Positions 55,258 to 64,000 of a stretch of 64,000 bases of DNA are shown piece by piece; the first letter of the stretch is position 1, and each line of letters begins with the position of its first letter. The stretch covers positions 1,471,439-1,535,438 of the forward strand of contig NMRA01000015.1 of NCBI GenBank assembly GCA_002633005.1, written 5' to 3'. The notes under the pieces were generated by a model, which made no database searches, was not told where the DNA came from, and saw only the letters and a list, made by a program, of their open reading frames with translations. The translations under genes were made by a program, and so were the position numbers. This DNA comes from Phoronis australis (taxonomy: Eukaryota > Animalia > Phoronida).

Positions 55258-56239
55258 CTACAAAAATGAAAGATTAGGATAAACTTAAAATAAAGAACTT
55301 AATATCTACCAAGGGAGGCAAAGGGGAAAACAACAATTTTAGGTAACCTTCCCTAAAATTACAGACCCCTGGTTACCCGTTAATTACCGTTTTTCTGCTG
55401 GTATGCATAAACCAGCCATAAACAATGGAAAGCGACATAAACAACCCAGAAAAAGCTTCGCATCTTGATCTGCATTCACGTCCATTTAGGAAACACGAAT
55501 AACTGAGCAATGCTGCAAGATTCAACAGTAAATCAGCCCTTTACTGGGCCATTCATGTCACTTTTTATTAGTGCTTAGACAGTATTGTAAATTCACATTG
55601 GGGAAACAGGTTCTAACACAGAAAATATCTTTCCAAAATAAACAAGAATCTGTATTTTTACTAACAGTAGTGGTAGTACAACATTAAAAACACAAGTGCT
55701 AACTCGGCTTCTTTCAGACTTTAAATTATTGCCACTGACAAATACAAAATCGAAACAAAATGAGATTGGTCATTGAAATAGTTTTCGAATTTGACACCAA
55801 AGCTGTTTTTAAACATTAATGACAATATTGTCGCTAGATAATTATTGCCTCATTATCAAATTGGCTATAGGGCCTAGTTCCATCCAGGAAGCGAACTTTT
55901 GATCCAGACCACTTATAAGTACCACTATAAAATGTTGTGCTTTTGATTTCAAAGAACTGTCACTTCGTTATCCCTTGAGACCATGCTCGGGGCACAAAAT
56001 GACACGACCTGTGACAAGTCAACTTGTAACGCCTGGTCTCAAGCAATTGACAAACCATCAGTTCTTTCGAAGCTCTGAAAACACTTCCAACTTGACTAAA
56101 GAATAATGTGATTTCAATTTCACAATGGTAAGTGATCTAAATCACAACAAATTGCCAGAAGTAGTTTCACTCCGATAATGGTTCGAGACAAGGAACTGGA
56201 ATTCTGAGCAAATTCCTTAAATTGGTGTCTGACTTTCCT

Positions 56240-56566
56240 TAGGCAATGACCATCGCCTCTGTTGGCCCGAACCAGAGGCGATGTAGAGGCTATAGGCGCT
56301 ATGTACGCCGGAAGCTTTTCGGCGAATTATGCCTCGCACCGACTAAACTATCAAAGCCACGTTGTTATAACTACCTTTTGCGCATAGACGAACACCTTAG
56401 GAGGTTGTCGACGTGTTTAAGTTCTTCCAACTCGAACAAATACTCCCGTTATGAAACTTTTTCTTCGAGTAGTCCCTATTTCAGTTCCCAAAATCGTGAA
56501 ATCAAAATTTTCATTTTTTTAACCAGGCCTCTGGTTCGGGCCAACAGAGGCGATGGTCATTGCCTA
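56240..56566. mobile_element. MITE with perfect 40-bp TIRs and 9-bp TSD (Mutator/MULE-like), in the zinc-finger gene intron
   Basis: TAGGCAATGACCATCGCCTCTGTTGGCCCGAACCAGAGGC at 56240-56279 and its exact reverse complement at 56527-56566; GACTTTCCT duplicated at 56231-56239 and 56567-56575. Confidence 0.9.
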
Positions 56567-56777
56567 GACTTTCCTTTGTTACGAGAGCGATGTTCATCAG
56601 ATTAGATTTCTTTTAAACGACCATAATGGACGATTGATTGAACATGTTACATTTTGATGCAAGTTATGATGTAGTAAACTGAAAAGTGAGCTTTACTTAA
56701 ATAGACAACTCTTTACCCACATCATTCACAACACTAACTGTATTTTGGCATTCAAACCCGTTCAGTCACTCAAAGCT

Positions 56778-56828
56778 AGCTATCTGGCTATGTAGCTATC
56801 TGGCTATGTAGCTATCAGGCTATGTAGC
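56778..56828. repeat. 16-bp tandem repeat x3
   Basis: (TAGCTATCTGGCTATG)3 with one substitution. Confidence 0.85.
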
Positions 56829-56943
56829 TGCTGTAATGATATGAGAACTTACAGGAAGGAAATATTCAAAACTGAGATTGGTCTGTGTATCAACAAGTAA
56901 TTTGCACTTTTTCATGTTTTTTTGAATGCCAATACTCAAGTAC

Positions 56944-57601
56944 CTCTTCCCTTCACAGGTGTGGAATTGTTAGTTAGGTTTCGTGCCACAAAAGTTTTGT
57001 CTTTCGCATCATCTCGCTCCTCTTCATCCTCTGAAGACTCTAACTCAGCCTCCTCTCCATCAACAATGCTCCACAAAGACGTGTCCAGCTCAACTTCGTC
57101 TTTGAACCTAGACGGTATTTTTGACCTGCGTTTCCCACGACCATATTCCTTAGGTTCTTCTTCATCTTCCACTTCTTCACTCTCAGCTTCCACTTCAGGT
57201 TCTGGCAGCTTACGCGGTCTTCCTGGTTTCCCCTTAGATTTTTGTTCAGCTGCAGGCTCTCCAATAGGGTGTAAACGCGGCCTGCCCGGCTTGCGCCTAT
57301 TTGCCATTTCTGGTTTGGTGAGCGCTTCAGCCAATTTTTCCTCATCTTCAGCCTGTACATCCAAAACGTGATAACATAAGCGATCGCCAGCTAACACTAA
57401 ATTTTCAAGAGAAATATTAATTTTAATATTGTCGTTGTCCTCTTTGAACAGTTTAACCCTGCTACCAAACTCTCCGTCGTTGTTTCCAGCCAAAAACACA
57501 GCTTCAAATTGCCGCTTCATGAGGTATGACACCTCAATCACTCTCTTTGGCAGAATAACTTCGAGATTGGCAATGGCGCGCCCAGGTTTACTCGGATCCA
57601 T
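56944..57601 (-). CDS. AT-hook/C2H2 zinc-finger transcription factor, exon 1 (N-terminal domain, two AT-hooks, acidic tracts)
   Basis: ATG at 57601 (MDPSKPGRAIANLEV...), AT-hooks RKPGRPR and KPGRPRK, E/D-rich tracts. Phase-1 donor AG|GTACTT at 56944/56943 joins exon 2 in frame; total 2184 nt, ~727 aa. Confidence 0.88.
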
Positions 57602-58115
57602 GTCTATTTCTTGTAACAATTTTTCTTAACTTGTTTCTTTCACAGGCGCTTTGAAATACAGTCACCATAACGTATACATTAGCAACAAAATTTGTGAATT
57701 GTAAAGGCGGTCAACTGTTAGGTTGGATCGCCATGAACATGTCCCGGATGAATATTGACGAAAATTACCTTCTTGAATTGAAGAGCAATTTCAGCGCTGA
57801 ATCTGATACCCAGAGTGGCTGATGAACTTTCGCGGCTTNATAACTTCGAGATTGGCAATGGCGCGCCCAGGTTTACTCGGATCCATGTCTATTTCTTGTA
57901 ACAATTTTTCTTAACTTGTTTCTTTCACAGGCGCTTTGAAATACAGTCACCATAACGTATACATTAGCAACAAAATTTGTGAATTGTAAAGGCGGTCAAC
58001 TGTTAGGTTGGATCGCCATGAACATGTCCCGGATGAATATTGACGAAAATTACCTTCTTGAATTGAAGAGCAATTTCAGCGCTGAATCTGATACCCAGAG
58101 TGGCTGATGAACTTT
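57555..58115. other. 276-bp duplication flanking a single N (57839): probable assembly overlap
   Basis: 57555-57830 matches 57840-58115 by eye; it duplicates the zinc-finger gene start codon. Confidence 0.85.
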
Positions 58116-58209
58116 GCTGGCCGTACTCAGTCGACAAAGAAATTAATTTTTACATAGACCACTTACTGCTGTGAAATTGGTCTCGAGTTGTTTCTTGCTT
58201 AGATAAGAA

Positions 58210-58447
58210 CATGGGCGGCACAGCACTGAAAAAAGTGGCCACCTGAAAGCCCCGGCCCCTAGCCCGGCCCTGACACCGCCCGATGCCGGGGCGGCGCACC
58301 CGCCGGTGACTGAAAAAAGTAGGGCTATAGCCCCCAGCCCCATGTGGTACACTGCCCATAGACCATGGGCGCCGGAGCACTGAAAAAAGTGGGGGTTTAG
58401 CCCCCCAGTCCCCTATATGGTGCGCCCGGCCGCCCGCACCGCCGCCT
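58210..58447. repeat. GC-rich dispersed repeat with internally repeated CAGCACTGAAAAAAGTGG units
   Basis: Three units here; two units in reverse orientation at 12752-12898 (CCACTTTTTTCAGTGCTG...GCCCATG). Confidence 0.7.
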
Positions 58448-58563
58448 TCATCAGACTTGCAAACCACTGATTAAAACAACATCGGACTCCTCAGTAATCA
58501 TGATTCATTCATCGATGTAGAAATGAACATGAACCTAAGGAGTGATTTTTAATTGTAGAATAG

Positions 58564-58734
58564 CAGTGGCGGATTTAGAGGGAGGGCCAAAGGGGCCATG
58601 GCCCCCCTAAAATTCTCCCAGATTCCATTGGGCAGTTCGGAGGTGCGAAAATGTCTGACGGGCAACAAAATCCTGGCTGCTGCAGTGCCCTGGCCCGCCC
58701 TCCCAGCTAACTCAAAATCCTGAATCCGCCCCTG
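58564..58734. mobile_element. MITE with CAG(T/G)GGCGGATT TIRs and 5-bp TSD
   Basis: CAGTGGCGGATT ... AATCCGCCCCTG; AATAG on both sides (58559-58563, 58735-58739). A degenerate relative lies at ~44567-44723. Confidence 0.8.
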
Positions 58735-60100
58735 AATAGGAACCACATACAAACACTTTAAGCTGAAGTATCAGTACATGAGTTTTAGCACAATGGATGT
58801 GCAGCAGGCAATTTTCAACTCAGTGAAAATGCCACGTGAACATCGAAATTATTTATAAATTTTCGCTTAGTTTGTTAAATAAGCACATTCATTCACTGTT
58901 GTTGCAGTTACATGTATAAGGATATGTTACAACTCGTATATCATAATTTATATATAGGCCTACATACGTCGTACAAGAGTTTATAAATCTGAAATATTAA
59001 CTCATTAGTGTCCGTGTTTTGTCTACGTAATTGTGGCTTTCTTCTTGCGAGTTGTTAATGATTTTTACTGATGACGCCATTTCTATGCACACCTCGTAAT
59101 TCTTCGCCCTTTGTAATGCCTGTTATTTTACTTTCTTTCTTGCTGAGTCACGATGTTTTTCAATATTGTTTCATATGCAACACCTTTATTTCCAGTTACG
59201 TGTCACAATAAAGTTTTAAACTTAACGAAACTAAATACATTTTTAAACATCTGAAGAGATCAGTTTTAACTCCACTACAACTCTGTGGGAAATATTTCAC
59301 TACTGGTGTTACTCCTTGCTACTGCTGCTCAAATGCCATATGGGAATAGATGAGAATCTTTTCGCCATGACTAACCAGGAAAATTGAAGTTTTACCCGCA
59401 AAATAGAATAATCTCACGGCACATGGGCCGGATCATCTGGGAGCGGATGATGATAGAATCACGAGAAGTGTTCTCACTAAATATACAAAAGGACTGTCGG
59501 TGATTTTTGGCACATTTCTGGCTTAAGTCGCATTTTGCACTGTTTGAGTACTAAGTTACATGCAATGCGCGCATGCGTCATTTTAAAATGCAATTTTATG
59601 GATGACGAAAACCAATAACCTCTGAAGCGTTTTCTTGATTTGCTGATGTTTAGTTTTTTAATATTCTTTGGAAACGGAAATAAATCTATTTTTGGGTAAA
59701 AAATATCACTTACACACTGACAGACTGACACCCATTTCATGAGAATCAAAAGACCTAACTTGGTATTCATTTTTAGCCAGTAAAACACTGAGAACGAAAT
59801 GCAGCTTTAACCGTTCTGCCGAAGATGAATGCCGAATACACTAAGCTAACTTGGTGAATTTTCATAACAAGTCAGTCGTATAATTTCACCCAACCAACTA
59901 AGATGGAGATGCTTCTTGGATAAATGGTAAACATGCAGTGTGTATACGTCTTTTGTGACAACTAATAAGGCAGAACAGAAATACACGTCTATGTGTGAGT
60001 ACGCAACAAAACCAACGTTGCTGGGCAGTAACACATCTGGGACTTCCCACCGCACACGATACACAATACACAAGACATTCACGTAATATCGAGAAGAAAA

Positions 60101-62031
60101 ATGATGGGTGTCGTGGATATAACTCTGTTAATTTTTGCTCTCACTTCAATGTCAGGTAAATCAGACCACTTTTTTAATTTCGCTTGGGTGAAAGACAATG
60201 GGAAATTTAATTTAACGCCTCGAGCTTTATTTTAGCAGTGGAAAAGACGGAACACGTTCAACTCGTATCGCGACAGGAAGAACACAACCGAACCAGGAGG
60301 AATGACTTTTTATGGCACTTGTTCGGATAATGGGGATTGGAATTGATTACAAAACATGAAGATGGCTTTACAATGTATGGTAGGCCTCAGATCATTGAAA
60401 AGGTTATGTACTCACTACATAAAAATATTTTGACAGCAATTGCAATAGAGAAAATGGTTGGATAATTTCATATAAATGTTTAATCATCTACCAATTTTTG
60501 TGGTATATCAATCACGTAGCATGTATTTTTAATTGCCAGGTGCACAGCAGGTGTACAAGCAAGAAATTCCTTCGATGGGGAGCTGGTGTACCGGCGTCGA
60601 CCAAGTGACGTGTGATAAGTCCATACTCCTGTTCATGGTTGGTATTGCAATTAATGAATTATTTTTCACATTTTGTAAGGATCACCAGAAAACGAGTTAG
60701 CCCACGTGCTTAGTATAATATATTGGAACTGTAAACCAAAACTGGCACTTTGTGATTCATATGGAAACAAGTGGGTTTGGAAGAAAAGCATTGCAGTGCA
60801 TGAGAAAAGAAATACAGTTAATCAGCCAGAATTTAAACGGGTGGTGACAAAAATAATGGGACTGAGAATGCACCAAAGATGAAATTCAAGGGGTATGCAA
60901 GTATAAAAGTGTTGTAACCTTGATTCAATTAATAAGGTTGCACTCACATGTGTCTTAATTATGTGGTAAATTATACTTGATAGTGAAATAGTTTGTTATG
61001 CACTTTATTAGTTGCCAACTGGTATACTNTGATAAGTCCATACTCCTGTTCATGGTTGGTATTGCAATTAATGAATTATTTTTCACATTTTGTAAGGATC
61101 ACCAGAAAACGAGTTAGCCCACGTGCTTAGTATAATATATTGGAACTGTAAACCAAAACTGGCACTTTGTGATTCATATGGAAACAAGTGGGTTTGGAAG
61201 AAAAGCATTGCAGTGCATGAGAAAAGAAATACAGTTAATCAGCCAGAATTTAAACGGGTGGTGACAAAAATAATGGGACTGAGAATGCACCAAAGATGAA
61301 ATTCAAGGGGTATGCAAGTATAAAAGTGTTGTAACCTTGATTCAATTAATAAGGTTGCACTCACATGTGTCTTAATTATGTGGTAAATTATACTTGATAG
61401 TGAAATAGCTCTGTTATGCACTTTATTCATGCGCGCACCCAACCTTCAATATGGGGGGGGGCTCGAATTCCTGACTTTGTGGACCCTTCGTAAGAAAAAA
61501 GCAGGCGCACTAAAAAATAAATGTTTAGTGGACTTTTGCCTCAGTTTCTCGGACAAACTTTTGTCTCTTTGAGGCGGACCTTTTGCCCACTTCACCCCGA
61601 GCCTCCCCCTGGGAGCACACATGTTATTGGTTGCCAACTGGTATGCTATAAATACAATACAGTTGCAGTCTAGAAAGTGTCAGTTCATGGTACACTGTGG
61701 CAATCACTCAGGAGTCCAAAATATTTGTAAGGCAGAAATGAACACCACACTAAATCACAGGCATTTATTTCTCAAGAATATATTAATGACAGGAATCACA
61801 GTATCTAAAATAGTCTTTTGAATTTGTTTACAGGTACACAGTGTTAATGAATGTGCCCTCAAATGTTCAGAGGACGGCCACTGTAAATCCTTCAACTATG
61901 AAAGAAGTGCATCCACAATCCAAAGGTGTGAATTGATCAAAGACAATACCGTGAGAGACAAGCGGTACATTAAAGTACTGAAACCAAATGCAGTGCTGCA
62001 ACAGGGCTATACTTTCTACAAGCTGATCTAA
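60101..62031 (+). CDS. Small secreted single PAN/apple-domain protein, 3 exons, ~116 aa
   Basis: Exons 60101-60155 (signal-peptide-like MMGVVDITLLIFALTSMS, phase-1 donor GTAAAT), 60540-60637 (GAQQVYKQ...CDKSILLFM, donor GTTGGT) and 61834-62031 (VHSVNECALKCSEDGHCKSFNYE...CELIK...GYTFYKLI*). The C-x3-C-x5-C-x-SFNY...C-x-L pattern is the PAN/apple signature. Not in the ORF track because it is spliced. Confidence 0.8.
60613..61647. other. ~415-bp duplication flanking a single N (61029): two haplotypes juxtaposed by the assembly
   Basis: 60613-61028 versus 61030-61427 plus 61624-61647; near-identical with small differences close to the MITE site. Confidence 0.85.
61428..61623. mobile_element. MITE with imperfect CATG... 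TIRs and 5-bp TSD (TTATT), in PAN gene intron 2
   Basis: CATGCGCGCACCCA ... TGGGAGCACACATG; TTATT at 61423-61427 and 61624-61628; the empty site is visible in the duplicated copy at ~61005. Confidence 0.85.
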
Positions 62032-64000
62032 ATTTTAACCATGCAAAGGACAAATAACTCCAAGACACGACTTGTACATGAGTACTTCAGACTAGTTGAT
62101 TTTTAGGATGAAATAACTGCTTCAGTATTGCTATAGACTAAAATACGCACATCTTGTTGCTGTCAATGGACCACGTGTTTTCTTCAACTGATAAACCAAA
62201 ATTCTTGTCAATACAAAGAACTAATGCTGTGTTATAAAGTAATATTTCTATATTGTTCATTCTTTATAAAATTCCCTAACCCATCTGCACCAGTGGTCTC
62301 ACAAAATAACCAGAAACAATAAAACTCATTTCTCCCAACCCTTTGAACTTGAACCTTAGACATCACCATGATAACATAAACAATTACACATGTTAAAAGA
62401 ACAGGTGCTTAAAGTGAGATTGCATACGCTTTTCCATTCTCCAACATCAAAATAAGATAAATCAGTTTAACATGCCAAAACCTCACACATGGCCATACAG
62501 ACATTCCACAGTTGTGAAAGAAATGTTTGTTTCGAAACTTTACGACAAACGCAAATTGAATGAAACAAAACTGGTCATTCAAATATGTTTCTAACACAAC
62601 AGTCAATTGAGCAAGCATAGTTTTAATTAAATAGTGCTTTTCACATATAAGACACATATTAAAATTACAGCTGTTCTTAGCATACCAATGACAGTAAAAC
62701 AAAAGTAAATCAATATTTCACTGGGTACCAACATGTTTTCTGATTCCAACTGAAACCCTCAACCAGCAGCATTGTATGCTTTTATAAAAAAGATCCAGTG
62801 GATTTTGATACCTCAGCTCATCATGGAAACTCATGCTTAGTAGAAAGCAACATGGCCTTACATAGTTTTCCTCCTTTCACCAGCTTATTCATCACTAATG
62901 CAGTGTCTAAACAACTATAATAACCAAATGAATAAGTTAATATCATATACATCCAAATTTCAGTTTTACCCTCAAAAGTCAAAACACAATCTTAAATGTT
63001 TAGAATTTACGAAGAAGAAAAGCTGTTACAATTTCTACTGAGTGACAAATGATGTCTGAAGACATGAAGCCATGTGGCAACTCAGCAAACATTGCTGTAC
63101 GAGACAGTCAATACATTGCTGCCCGAGACAGTCAACCATTTCCTTTGTGTAAGAATTTGCATCCGTGGACTGTGACATTAAAAATACTGACTAACTGTAG
63201 TACAGTTGTATGTAATATATAGTTGATGGAAATATATCTAAAAGAATACGTTGGGTTACAAATAAGATAAAACTCAACAACTAAACCCTTTTGCAATTGT
63301 GACAATTAAATGGTAACAAAGAGATTATGCAACTTTTCAAATGGCACCAGTTTAACAAGCAATGAAATCATTTTCACTTTCATTCAAACAAAAATAATTC
63401 TTTAGAAGAAGCAAAATAATGAAGACTACTAAAACGCATGGTGGTTATGAAAACAAAAATAACAATACATGCAAGTATACTACAATGACAGTTCAACTGT
63501 TCACAGCTAAAGCACAGACTACACTGCAAGAGCCGTTAAGAAATGACAAAATTCAAACCCACGCAATTCTCTAATTTCTTGGGAAAGTGATTCAATTTTA
63601 ATAACAATGTCCATAATAGTTCACAGTCGTTTTAAAGCAAAACAAAAATAAAAATAAAAACAACCAGTGAAAAATGTACAATAGCTGTCGCACAGAGAGA
63701 GCATCATGACTAAGAACATTATTTATAGAATCCAGGGTAATGACCAATTTACTGTGTGCTTCAGTCCTGGCCTCCATTAAAAACTTGCTTTTATGAGAAA
63801 CCCAGCATTCATCAATGACGTCACAACAAAAAACTATCTTGACCTACTTTCCTGCACAAGGTCACAAATGTGGGATACAACGGACTAGTATAGCAAACTT
63901 GATACTAAGTAATATCCACATACCTAATCTCCCGAGGTCTATTACGGACAGCTGCATACTGGAAACCCAGCTTCCAATAACTCTGTGTAATCTTATTACA

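Noticed and set aside
53568-55282. + strand ORFs of 142, 98 and 219 aa (also 56922-57371)
   Set aside because: Antisense shadows of the GC-richer zinc-finger coding exons.
56246-56605. 119-aa ORF as a transposase
   Set aside because: Lies in a 327-bp MITE, has no DDE-like motif and is too short.
57840-58115. Second copy of the zinc-finger gene 5' end (gene duplication)
   Set aside because: Identical to 57555-57830 and begins right at an N; best explained as contig overlap.
62032-64000. Additional gene at the window end
   Set aside because: No coding signal; the A-rich composition could be the 3'UTR of a - strand gene outside the window, but this cannot be supported here.

Overview
AT-rich, intron-rich animal genomic DNA; the repeat and gene style suggests a heterozygous marine invertebrate, but the species cannot be determined from this window. 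Three protein-coding genes can be reconstructed by hand from splice sites and reading-frame phase: (1) a 24-exon SMCR8-family (longin/DENN, C9orf72-partner) gene on + at 31441-49996 (~673 aa); (2) a two-exon AT-hook + 8x C2H2 zinc-finger gene on - at 53732-57601 (~727 aa), convergent with SMCR8; (3) a three-exon small secreted single PAN/apple-domain gene on + at 60101-62031 (~116 aa). Positions 1-31200 hold no long ORF and look like the large 5' introns and alternative first exons of an unidentified - strand gene, divergent from SMCR8. Non-coding DNA carries MITEs with TIRs and target-site duplications (5, 6 and 9 bp, TA, TTAA), tRNA-derived SINEs, an LTR-like remnant with clustered heat-shock elements, and mini/microsatellites. 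Two single-N joins are flanked by duplicated sequence (assembly/haplotype overlaps); one shows a MITE as both empty and filled allele. I see no CRISPR, rRNA, bona fide tRNA or prokaryote-type system. All homology calls rest on recalled motifs, not database searches.
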